From: Anaeramoeba ignava BMAN
Taxonomy: Eukaryota > Protista > Anaeramoebae
Reading direction: 5' to 3'
Length of the DNA: 64,000 bases
Assembly (NCBI GenBank): GCA_028826165.1
Contig: JAPDFW010000081.1
Location: forward strand, 1,116,001 to 1,180,000
This document shows, in pieces, positions 50,685 through 63,700 of the stretch (position 1 is its first letter; every line of letters starts with the position of its first letter). A model generated the notes under the pieces. That model was not told the origin of the DNA. It made no database searches and saw only the letters and a program-made list of their open reading frames with translations. The translations under genes and the position numbers were made by a program.

Positions 50685-53600
50685 ATGAGTGAACCAATTT
50701 CTTTATTTGTTGGTGACTTACCACAAACAGTAACACAAGTATATCTAAAGCAATTATTTGCGGAAAGATATCATTCAGTAATTGCGTCCAAAATCATAAC
50801 GGACACCAATACAGGACAAAGTAAAGGATATGGATTTGTTACATTTACAAATGATGAAGATGCAAGAAGAGCACTTGTTGAAATGAATGGGTTTTTTTTA
50901 TTTGGAGGTACAATTAGAGTATCAACAGCACATAGCAAAACAAGCTTGATTCCAAACAGCACACCAACATTTCCAGCCTTATCAACAACACCAGCAACAC
51001 CTACAGCAAATATCACAGGTGATGCTAGTAATACAACGGTTTATGTTGGAAAATTAGATCCAACTGTTTCTGTTGAAGAATTAAAAAGTCATGCTGAAAA
51101 ATTTGGTGAGATTACTTATTGTAAAATTCCTCCTGGTAAAGGTTGTGGTTTTGTTCAGTTTACTACAAGGGATTCTGCTGAAAATTGTTTGAATAATTTA
51201 ACTGGTCAAGTTATTGGTTGTCATCCTGTTAAATGTTCTTGGGGAAGAATTCAACCAAAAACAACAACAACTACTACACCAACAATTCAAACCCCGACAA
51301 ATCTAACTAATGTTGCTCAAAGGATTACGTAATTTATTTATTAAATTTTATCCGATATTTATTTAATTTTTATCCGAATTTGAAATTGATTTAATTTTGA
51401 TTTTATTTTGATTTAATTTTGATTTGAATTTTAATTTAATTTTAATTTAATTTTAATTTAATTTTAATTTAATTTTAATTTAATTTTAATTTAATTTTAA
51501 TTTAATTTTAATTTAATTTTGATTTAATTTTAATTTAATTTTAATTTAATTTTAATTTAATTTTAATTTAATTTTGATTTAATTTTAATTTAATTTTGAT
51601 TTAATTTTAATTTAATTTTGATTTAATTTTAATTTAATTTTAATTTAATTTTAATTTAATTTTTAATTTAATTTTAATTTAATTTTGATTTAATTTTAAT
51701 TTAATTTTGATTTAATTTTGATTTAATTTTGATTTAATTTTAATTTAATTTTGATTTAATTTTGATTTAATTTTAATTAATTTTAATTTAATTTTAATTT
51801 AATTTTAATTTTAATTTTAATTTAATTTTAATTTAATTTTGATTTAATTTTAATTTAATTTTTGATTTAATTTTATTTAATTTTGATTTAATTTTAATTT
51901 AATTTTAATTTAATTTTAATTTAATTTTAATTTAATTTTGATTTAATTTTAATTTAATTTTAATTTAATTTTAATTTAATTTTGATTTAATTTTAATTTA
52001 ATTTTGATTTAATTTTAATTTAATTTTGATTTAATTTTGATTTAATTTTAATTTAATTTTAATTTAATTTTAATTTAATTTTAATTTAATTTTGATTTTA
52101 TCCGAATTTGAAATTGATTTAATTTTGATTTAATTTTGATTTAATTTTGATTTAATTTTGATTTTAAATTTTAATTTAATTTTAATTTAATTTTAATTTG
52201 ATTTTGATTTTAATTTAATTTTGATTTAATTTTAATTTAATTTTAATTTAATTTTAATTTAATTTTGATTTAATTTTAATTTAATTTTAATTTAATTTGA
52301 TTTAATTTTGATTTAATTTTAATTTTAATTTTGATTTAATTTTAATTTAATTTTTATCCGATTTTAATTTTGATTTAATTTTGATTTAATTTTGATTTAA
52401 TTTTGATTTAATTTTGAGTTTAATTTTAATTTAAATTTAATTTTGATTTTAATTTAATTTTAATTTAATTTTAATTTAATTTTTGATTTTGATTTAATTT
52501 TAATTTAATTTTAATTTAATTTTAATTTAATTTTGATTTAATTTTGATTTAATTTTGATTTAATTTTGATTTAATTTTAATTTAATTTTGATTTAATTTT
52601 TATTTAATTTTGATTTAATTTTAATTTAATTTAATTTTAATTTAATTTTGATTTAATTTTAATTTAATTTTGATTTAATTTTTAATTTAATTTTAATTTA
52701 ATTTTGATTTAATTTAATTTTAATTTTGATTTAATTTTAAATTTAATTTTGATTTAATTTTGATTTAATTTTGATTTAATTTTAATTTAATTTAATTTTA
52801 ATTTTAATTTTTTTAATTTTGATTTAATTTTAATTTAATTTTAATTTAATTTTGATTTAATTTTGATTTAATTTTAATTTAATTTTAATTTAATTTTAAT
52901 TTAATTTTAATTTAATTTTGATTTAATTTTGATTTAATTTTGATTTAATTTTGATTTATTTTAATTTTAATTTTAATTTTTAAATTTTAATTTTAATTTT
53001 AATTTAATTTTAATTTAATTTTGATTTATTTTAATTTAATTTTGATTTAATTTTGATTTAATTTTTATCCGATTTTGATTTAATTTTTATCCGATTTTGA
53101 TTTAATTTTGATTTAATTTTGATTTAATTTTAATTTAATTTTGATTTAATTTTGATTTAATTTTGATTTAATTTTGATTTAATTTTAATTTAATTTAATT
53201 TAATTTTGATTTAATTTTAATTTAATTTTGATTTAATTTTGATTTAATTTTAATTTAATTTTGATTTAATTTTAATTTAATTTTAATTTAATTTTAATTT
53301 AATTTTGATTTAATTTTGATTTAATTTTGATTTAATTTTGATTTAATTTTAATTTAATTTTGATTTAATTTTGATTTAATTTTGATTTAATTTTAATTTA
53401 ATTTTAATTTAATTTTGATTTAATTAAATTTGATTTTAATTTAATTTTGATTTAATTTTAATTTAATTTTGATTTAATTTTAATTTAATTTTTATCCGAT
53501 TTTGATTTAATTTTGATTTAATTTTGATTTAATTTTAATTTAATTTTAATTTAATTTTGATTTAATTTTAATTTAAATTTGATTTAATTTTGATTTAATT

Positions 53601-54432
53601 TTGATTTAATTTTAATTTAATTTTGATTTAATTTTAATTTAATTTTAATTTAATTTTAATTTAATTTTAATTTAATTTTAATTTTGATTTAATTTTAATT
53701 TAATTTTTATCCGATTTAAATTTAATTTTGATTTAATTTTAATTTAATTTTGATTTAATTTTGATTTAATTTTAATTTAATTTTAATTTAATTTTAATTT
53801 AATTTTAATTTAATTTTGATTTAATTTTGATTTAATTTTGATTTAATTTTGATTTAATTTTAATTTAATTTAATTTTGATTTAATTTTGATTTAATTTAA
53901 TTTAATTTTTTTAATTTTAATTTTAATTTAATTTTAATTTAATTTTAATTTAATTTTGATTTAATTTTAATTTAATTTTAATTTAATTTTAATTTTGATT
54001 TAATTTTGATTTAATTTTAATTTAATTTTAATTTAAATTTAATTTAATTTTAATTTTAATTTTGATTTAATTTTGATTTAATTTAATTTTAATTTTAATT
54101 TAATTTTAATTTAATTTTGATTTAATTTTTATCCGATTTTGATTTAATTTTAATTTAATTTTGATTTAATTTTGATTTAATTTTAATTTAAATTTTAATT
54201 TAATTTTGATTTAATTTTAATTTAATTTTAATTTAATTTTGATTTAAAATTTTATTATAGAATTCCTCAAATTCCTTCAACTCCTTTAATTTTACAACAA
54301 ACATCAGTAGAAGAAGTTTTAAAACCATTAAATATTGAAGAAGAAAATTCAAAATTTTCAGAAAAAAAATTAAAACATTCCACTTTATCTCTTTCAAGTT
54401 TATATCCTATTTTTAATATATTTGATAAATAA
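50685..54432 (+). CDS. Two-RRM RNA-binding protein of the Nam8/Ngr1/RBP45-47/TRNAU1AP family, 2 exons
   Basis: Exons 50685-51328 and 54261-54432 (AC|A junction). LFVGDL...SKGYGFVTF...RRALVEMNG...IRVSTA and NTTVYVGKLD...KIPPGKGCGFVQF...CSWGR. Confidence 0.85.
51330..54255. repeat. 2.9-kb intronic 11-bp satellite (TTTAATTTT[A/G]A) with recurring TTTTATCCGA landmarks
   Basis: Direct tandem repeat spanning almost the whole intron 51329-54260. Confidence 0.92.
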
Positions 54433-54657
54433 AATTAAAATTTAAATAAATAAATAAAAAGAAAATCGTTAAAAAATTTAATTAAAAAAAAAAAGAAAGA
54501 AAAAAATTTTTTTGTTTTTTTTTTTTTTAATTAAAAAAGAAGGAAACTATAAAAACAAAAATTGAAGAAGAAAAAAAATCATTTTTTTTTTTACAAATTT
54601 TTTTAATAAAAAAAAAAAAAATTAATTAATTAATTAATTAAGCAAAAAGAAAAGAAA

Positions 54658-57600
54658 ATGGAGACTGAAGAAAACCAAACTAAAATTTTAATTAAAAATG
54701 ATTACCCAAATTTCTTTAGAAAAGCAAAAACAAGAGAAGAAAAAGATGAATTATTTTCACAATCAATGAATGAAGAAAATCTTTATCGAAAATTATTTGC
54801 ACAAGAAAGAGAAACGTCAAAAGAAATACAAGATCCACATTTGATGTTAGTTGACACTTATTCAAATCAAGATATTTATCAATTTGCAACTGAAACTGAA
54901 GAAGAGAAAAAAATCCCAAAACTTTTTCCTCAAAAACAAAAAGAACCAAATGAAAAGTGTATAAATTCATTAGAAGAATTTAAAAGAAATTTCGAAGTTT
55001 TTTCTGAAGGACAATTAAGATATTTGAATTGGAATAATTGTTTTGTAGCAGGAGGTTCAGTTTTAGCAGCATTAACACCAATTCCTGGTAAATATTTATT
55101 TTAAATTAATTTTTTAATTTTTAATTTTTAATTTTTAATTTTTAATTTTAGATGAACTTGATAAAAATAATTTGACAAGAAGAACTTATTATCATGATCA
55201 AGCTTATTCAAATTCTGATATTGATATTTTTATTTATGGAATTACTGACCAAGATGAAGCAAATGAAAAATTGAAAGAAATTTTTCAAATTATTACAGAA
55301 ACAATTCCAGTCAAAGCAATTGCATTCAGAAGCAAACATGCAGTTACAATTGGTAAATAAATTTAAAACAAATTTTATTTTTATAAATGAATTTTAATTT
55401 TAAATTTAATTTTAATTGATTTTATTTTTATAAATGAATTTTAATTTTAATTGATTTTATTTGATTTTATTTTTATAAATGAATTTTAATTTTAATTGAT
55501 TTTATTTTTAGTCTCTCAATATCCTTATCGTCATATCCAAATTATTTTAAGACTTTATAAATCCATTTCAGAAATCTTAATGGGATTTGATGTTGATTGT
55601 TGCAGTTGTGGATTTGATGGAGAAAAAGTTTGGATGACTCCAAGATGTCATCGTTCAATGGTCTATCAATGTAATACAATTGATATGACTAGAAGAAGTC
55701 CTACTTATGAAACTCGATTGGCAAAATATAGTTCAAGAGGATATTCTGTTCTTGTTCCCTTTTTGGATCGATCCAAAGTTGATATTTCTTTATATGAAAG
55801 AAGAATTGATAGGGTTCATGGATTGGCAAAACTTCTGTTACTTGAACAATTACAAACATCTCAACAGCATACAGTTTTTAAAGAGTTTTCAAGATTGAGA
55901 AGATTAAGACCTCCTTCAAATATTCATCCATCAGTTTGGGGATTTTTGGATCCTTCATTAAACGAAGAGAAGAAATATGTTGATTTACAAGAGAATGAAT
56001 CTGATTATTCCGTTGTGTTTCTTCCATGGTAAATAATTTTTTATTTTTAATTTATTTTTATTTTTATTTTTATTTTTATTTTTATTTTTATTTTTATTTT
56101 AAAAAGGGGTAAAGAATGGAATGCTGAAAGGGCTAGAAAAATTATGTATCAAAAAGATATGATCCTCAATTCAGCTTGGTATGATCCAGATAAAAAATTC
56201 CATACTCATCCTTGTTTCTTTGGAACTGCAGAAGAAATTATTGGAGATTGTTGTGGAGCTGATAATTGTTCAGCAGTGAATTTAGATGAAGAATTGGGAG
56301 AATCAAACATGTATGTAAACGGAAAATTAACTTGGATGACTGTTGATCCAGGCCAACAATCAATAGGTTCATTCCATCCAATTACTGATGAAGATTGGTG
56401 CGCAGATGCTTATGTGTCTGATAAGTTTGATAGTTTATGTCAGGCAATTAGTGTGAATGATTATAATAAAGTTGCTGAACTTTTGAAACATGGAGATATT
56501 GATCTTGATAAGAAGGATTATGTTGGAAGAGCTCCTCTTCATCTTGCTGTTCTTTATAATTCAATACAATCTGTTAAACTACTTCTTGAAAACGATGCCA
56601 AAATTTCATTCAAATTAATCGATGGAAGAAGTCCTGTTCATATTGCAGCTCAATACGGTTATTCAGAAATTTTGGAAATGCTTCTTGATAAATTGAATGA
56701 AGTCAAATCTGAAACGAAACCAGAAAAGGCTGAAGATGAGGATGATGGAATGGAAGAAATTGAAATGGAAAATGAACTTGATCCTTCAATGAAAAACGAA
56801 AAAAAGAAAAAGGGAAAAAAACAAAAGAGAAAATCAAAAAGAGCAATGGATGAAGATGATGAAGATGAAGATGAGGATGAGGATGAAGACGAAGACGAGA
56901 ATGAAGATGAATATGGGGAATTCAGTTTGAAAAAATTGATGGAAAAACGCAAAAAAGAAAAAGAAAGCGCATTATTTGGATACGATCCTTCTCTTGATCT
57001 TGATGATGAAGAGTTTGATGTGAATCAAGAAGATTGGGATTTGAGAATGACTCCACTTCATTATGCAACCTTTTTCGGACATATCAAATGCATTGATTTA
57101 CTTTTGGATAAAGGAGGAGCAGATATCAACAAGATGCTAATTTACAAACAAGACCAAAGAGTTCTTGCCCAATATACTTCATTAACTCTTGCTTTATTTG
57201 GGAAGAAATATGATATTGCATCCCATTTAATGAAGCGCAATATCGATATTACACAAAAGGATTTAAATGGAGAAAATATTCTTCATAAAGCTTGCAGATT
57301 AGTTGATCTTCGATTCTTGAAGCTTGTTCTTGAATTCGCAAATAAACATAACATTAAGCTTGAAATGATCACAAATAGTCGTTCAACTCCTCTTCAATGT
57401 GTTTTGGAAAGTATTCCTAATGATCTTTTGGATGTAATTCCACAAAACAACAAAACCAAAGAAGACAAACGCGAACTTGAAAAAGCACTTAATATTCGGC
57501 ATAGTGATAATAAATATCATGCCCATTATGAAATGATCATGTATTTACTTGACAATTCACCTCTTCGTGGAGAAATTGCTATCAAGGATTTACCCGCAAA

Positions 57601-60303
57601 TTTCTTCCGTTTGAATGAGAATAAATCACAAAAAATTCGAAATTCATTCAATCAACCCATTTTCTCAAGTCTCCAATCGCTTACATTGCTTAAATTATTT
57701 TTGAAACATGGCGCAGATATTAATGCAATATCTTCAAATCACGAAACACCTTTTGATTTAATTTGTGACAAATATCACAATTTGAAAAACACAATTGAAG
57801 AACGCAAAAACAAAACAGAATCAAATCAATCCGAAACCAATATTGATATTTTGAAGGAAGAAATGGCTGAACTAAATCCCAATTCATTTCTTTATAACGA
57901 ACTTGAATGGTATTTGAATTATTTGGTTGAATCTCAAAAACAATCAACTAGTTATTCATATAGAAAACGACCAAGAAGAGCTGGCAAAGGTTTAGGAATG
58001 AGAAATCGAATGTTCAATAGAGGATTTTCTTTTGGTAATGATGATGATGACGATGATGATGATGATGAGAATTATGGAGATGAAATTTCCGAAGAAGAAT
58101 TGAAAGAAAATCGAGAATTCAATTCAAAACAAAGAGAAGATATCAAATTTGAGATGTTGAGCAAGATTCGTAAATATATGAAAAAGAAATTTGCGAAGAA
58201 ATTTGTTGATATCAAAATTGATTATAAATCAGAAGATTCCTATATGATTCAAACACAATTAAGAATGAAAGATCCTTCGTCATGGGAATATAGAAGAAAA
58301 TATGGATTTAACAATAGAAGAACAGCAAGAAAATTTGGACTTTCCAATTTGGTTTTAACTCGAGATAAAAGCAAGAAGAAGTATCCAGTTCGATTCTTTT
58401 CTTTATCTGAAGATGTTCTTGGTCATCATGTTGGTTCTAAATGTTTTGATGAAAATATGCAACCTGTATATTTGGATCTTTTTGATGCTATTAAGGCAGG
58501 AGATATTAAAGCAGTTGAAGAATTGACGATTAAAAAACCATTTAACGAGCAACCACATGTAAAATATTTTTTAAATATTAAATATTAAATATTTAAATAT
58601 TTATTTTTAATTTTAAATTTTTAATTAATCTAGATTTGTTGTTATCTTGAATACTCAAAAAGAACTCCTCTTCATGTTGCAGTTGAGCTCAATAACGCAG
58701 AAATGGTTCGTAGACTAATTGAAATCTCAGTTCTTCAATTTACTCCACTCAAAACAGAATTGGAAACAGAAAAATATGTTCCAATGATCAACAACCAAGA
58801 TTTAACCCAAATGGTGGGAAGAATCAAACCAAAAAATTTTGTTGATCGAACTGGACAAAAATTATATAAAGCAGTAGATGAACTTATTGATATTGACCAA
58901 GAAATGAAGAAATTAAATTGCGTAGTTTCACCATCAACATTAATCAAATCATCAAATACAAACAGAATGACTGTTCTTGATTATTGCATTGACAAAGGTT
59001 TGAACGAGACTTGCGAAATGATTCTCCAGATCTGCAAAGCATGGAATATTCAAGAGCATCCTTTTTCATATAATGAAAGTGAGATTAAAGAATCATCAGA
59101 TGTCATCAAACATCTTCTTTTCGAAACTCAACAGCAATTGATTCCATTTGAACTTGCAATTTCAAAAGGAAATATCAAACTTGCGGAAATTATTCTTCAT
59201 TACGATGGAGTTTATTCAAAACAGATTGTGGAAGATCCAAAAACATATAAAGGATTGAATATTGATGGGAAAAAGCATAAATGGCACAAAGAACATTATG
59301 CACAAGAACATGTAATGTCTAAAAACGCATTAAGAGTTGCTGCTTTTTACGATCAACCAATTTCTATTGAGTATTTAACAGAAAAAGCAAAGGATGAATG
59401 GCTTAAATTGTTCTCAAGTAAATTGGAAACACATGAATTACCCAAATCATTTGATTTCGAAAATCAAGATGATACAAAAACTCCATTCTTCACTACGCAA
59501 TTTCCAAAAAGAATCTCCAAGCGATTCAGATAATTTTGAAGCTTGACAAAGTGAATATTATAAATCATCCTAATACAGCAGGCGTTACTCCATTGATTTT
59601 CGCAGCAGGATGTGGATATGATGAGATTGCTGATTATTTGCTTAAATCTGGAGCACAACTTGAAGCGAAAGAGAAGAATGGATGGTCAGCACTTCATTAT
59701 GCTTGCCAATTCAATCGACGCAAATGTGTTGAAGTTATTCTCAAATACAGTAACAAAGAACAAGCCAATATCCGCACTGAGAATTTCGCATATACACCCT
59801 TGATTCTCAGTTCATTTGCCAACAGCTTGAAGTCACTCGATGTTTTACTTGCCGATCCGAAAACAGATTTCTTTGCAGCAGATATTTATCACAACACTGC
59901 TATTCATTATGCGGTTATTCAATCAAATATCGATGTTCTTCGCAAATTACTTCCTGAAAAAAATATCAATGTTCAGAAATATTTCCAAGAAAATACTGTT
60001 GGAATGACTGTTTTTGATTATGCTGTTATGGCTCTTGTTAATACTTTCCAACATGAACGTAATTCTTCTTGGAATTTCTCTAATAATTTCAATCCTGCTC
60101 AAGATGTTAATACAAAAGCTTTTGAATGTTTCAATTATGTTTTTTCTATTTTGGGTAATTCTCGTAAAATTACTAATTTGAATGATGCTCAATTATCTTT
60201 TAATGCTATTACTCATCAAATTTCAGATACAGAAACTGATAAAGAAGAGTTCTTTTCTAATCACATTTATTCACCTTCACCAATTTCAAAACTTTGGATT
60301 TAA
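54658..60303 (+). CDS. Large protein: N-terminal putative Pol-beta-superfamily nucleotidyltransferase domain + many ankyrin repeats; 5 exons; one apparent -1 indel
   Basis: Exons 54658-55087, 55152-55352, 55512-56028, 56107-58558, 58634-60303. VAGGSVLAAL, SDIDIFIYG, GFDVDCC, RLAKYSSRGY motifs. Ankyrin repeats (APLHLAV, TPLHYAT, TPLIFAA). The frame changes in the A5 run at 59476-59480 (needs ...DDTKNSILHYAI). Confidence 0.8.
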
Positions 60304-60725
60304 AATCAAAACCAAAGAAAACAAAAACAAAAACAAAACCAAAACAAAAACAAAAACAAAAACAATAAAAATCAAAAAAAATTAAAAAAGAATTTTAAAA
60401 AGAAATTTAAAAAGAATTTTAAAAAAAAATTTAAAAAAAAAAAAAGATTAAAACTTCTCTTTCTTAATTGAATTGAATTGAATTGAAATTGAATTGAATT
60501 GAAATTGGTTTGAATTGTTGTTTAAATAAGATCCAAAAAAAACAACAAAACCAAAAAAAAAATATCTTTTCTTATCTTTTCTTTTCTTTTGTATTTTGTG
60601 ATTTGTCTAATTTGTAACTGATTGATTTGGAAAATGAAAAATTTGTTTTGAAAATCAATCTTCAATTTAATCGCAACTTCAAAATGATTTACTTCTTTTG
60701 TTCTTTTTCTTTCCTTATTTGTTTC

Positions 60726-63700
60726 TTAATAATCATTTTGACTTAAATTTTGACTTTCATAAGGATTTGAAAAAGAATTTTGACTTTGAGAATATTGAGA
60801 TTGACTATTTTGAGTTTGAGTATTATAAGCAGCAAAACGAGTATGCAAAAAAGAATGTTGAGGAATAATTTGAGGATTTGAATTTAAAAAAGAAGAATTA
60901 GATTGTGAATTTTGAGAATAATTTGAATTTTGAGAATAATTTTGATTTTGAATGTAATTTGAATTTTGAATGTAATTTTGATTTTGAATGTAATTTGAAT
61001 TTTGAATGTAATTTGAATTTTGAATGTAATTTTGATTTTGAATGTAATTTTGATTTTGGAAATAATTTTGATATCTTGAATAATATTTCTTAATTGAAGA
61101 TAAGTTTCCAGAAAAACGTTCAGGATTATGAATTGATTTTGTAACTAAACATTGTTTTTTATGGAAATGATTTAAAAGTTTATTCCAAATCTCATATTTT
61201 GAGAGCATAATAGCATTGCCGAACATAATCAAACCATAACGGGCACGAGTGATTGAAACATTAAGCCTTCTTGAGTCTTTTAAGAAGCCAATACCAGCTT
61301 TTCTGTTAGATCTAACACAAGACATTATGATGTAGTCTTTTTCTCTTCCTTGGAAAGAATCCACACTGGCAACTTCAATTGACTCATAGAACTTTTGGGG
61401 TTGTTTGCCAGAGGTCTGCATTGTTCGGATGATAAGCCCGCGCTGGCCTTCATATGGTGTAATGACACCAATCTGTTTGGGAATTATTCCCGACTTCAGC
61501 AAAATGTCAATCATTTCAAGAACCAAATGTGCTTCTCTGTTATTGATATATGAAGTTCCAGAAAATGAAAATTCTTCCTGACCATCTGTGTGAAAAAACA
61601 TCATCGGTATTTTTTGAACTGGCCAACTTATATCTGTTGTTTGTGTGCGATCGTGTTCGTCAACTCCGTTTTGTAATCCTCCTTCGTAGAAGTAATTTGA
61701 TGGGAATTCTGATAAGTATGGATGCATTCGATACTGAATTTGAAGTGGTGCTGGTTTGATTTCTAGTTTTATTAGTCGCTCAAATAGTGATTGATTGAAA
61801 TGTGCTTTTTCTGCTTCTTGGCATAAGACAACTGGTCCTAATTGGAAGTGGTCACCAACAAGTATAATTTTTTTGGATCCTTTAACCAAAGGTATTAAGG
61901 TTTCTGGTTCGGTTGCTATCCATAACACAAATCATAACAATAATAACAAAGATATTTTTTAATTTTCAAATTAATTTTATAAATGAATTTTAATTTTAAT
62001 TTTAATATTAATTTTAATTTTATATTTAATATTAATTTTAATTTTAATTTTAATATTAATTTTAATATTAATTTTAATTTTAATTTTATATTTAATTTTA
62101 ATTTTAATTTAAATTTTATAAATGAATTTTAATTTTAATTTTATATTTAATTTCAATTTTAATTTTAATTTTAATTTTATATTTAATTTTAATTTTAATT
62201 TTAATTTTAATTTTAATTTTATAAATGAATTTTAATTTTAATAATAATTTTAATTTTATATTTAATTTTCAAATTAATTTTATAAATAAATTTTAATTTT
62301 GTTTTAAAATTTTATATTTAAAACCTTGCGTAGTCTCATCAATCAAAACATATGGAAAAGAAAAAGAATCTAAACGAGTATCACCAGAACCAACACAAGT
62401 ACAACAAATAACATCAGCTTCCTGTAGAATTTTTCTCTCCGCTTTCCTCTTAAGACGTTGGAATTGATCATGATGCATTTGGAATTTAGAATCGGACTCT
62501 TCATCAATCTTTAAATAGAATTCTCTAAACTTCTTAAATCGTTTGCCAGGAATTTTTTTGATTTGATTATGCAAACCAAGAAACTCAACAGAAGAAGTGA
62601 TTTCCTCTCTGCTTTGCGCAAATAACCGGACTACCTTGACGCCAGTCGAATGGATCTTCTTTGTAAGTTGGTCGACGGCGATATTGCTTGGCGCGCAGAC
62701 AAGCACGGCATTCGTAGATCGACCTGTCTTTGATTTTGGAGTTTCTTTTTTTTTCAATTGAACAAGATGATAAACAATAGCAGCACTTGTCACTGTTTTT
62801 CCTGTTCCAGGAGGACCTTGTATAAGTGTAATCTCCTGACGAAGTGCGTTCTCAACAGCCTTTTTCTGCGATATATTCAGCTCGGGAAGGCCTTGGACTG
62901 CTGGAAGAGTGGACCAGGTTTGAGGATGTGATTCTTTATAAATTTCTTCAACATTTCCAAGTAAACAATCATAAATTTTTTGGGATGTAAAATTGATTTT
63001 TGTACGCGACATATAAGAGATTGCGTGCTGCATTCTGTCGAAGGAAGTAGCTCTGAACAAAAACTCAACGGTGAAACCTGAAGTTTGACCTGAAAGTGGA
63101 GGTTTTTTTTTTGCGATGTCAAGAACGATTTTTTCATCCAAACGAATTTCGATAATTCTTCCTCGCGCTTCCCAGATGCAAGAAGTAATGGATTCCTGAC
63201 CATGTATTTCTGTCTTATTAAGAGACAAACGGATTTCTTCACCAACTGAGAATCTCGAGTCTGCATTTTGTTTTGGGAAGAGAAAAAGAGCGCGAGTTCT
63301 CGGCGATTGAGACAAATCCCATTCAACATTGATATCATCTCTCTTTTGCGTCTCCTTGTGCAACTTGTCCGTCTGTTCCTCCATCTTCACAAGCTGTGTG
63401 AAGATCTGATTATACTCGAATCCATCCGAGTATTTCAATTGAACTTGACGAACCGTTCCAAATTTTTCGTTGTCTAAATTTCCATGCAGTGTCTCAATGC
63501 CTTCTAATTCTTGATATGTTAGCTGCGGAACCTTTGCTTGCTCCTCTTCGGGTGGTTGTTCTACAATGTCGTTCAAAAGGCTTCTGTCCACAATCAAGGG
63601 CGTCCAACTGCGGGCGCTAAAATTCGAATTTTGAGAACAAATTAAATCCATACAATTTTGTCTACAAACTAGCATTGAGTTCTGTTCTTTGTCGCTCACA

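Noticed and set aside
51330-54255. Long regular repeat considered as a CRISPR array, telomere or centromere
   Set aside because: No unique spacers and no G-rich telomeric unit. It lies inside a GT-AG intron whose flanking exons join in frame.
62877-63477. Overlapping alternative-frame ORFs within UPF1, and antisense ORFs within the kinesin
   Set aside because: No recognisable motifs. They are expected by-products of locally higher GC or codon bias.
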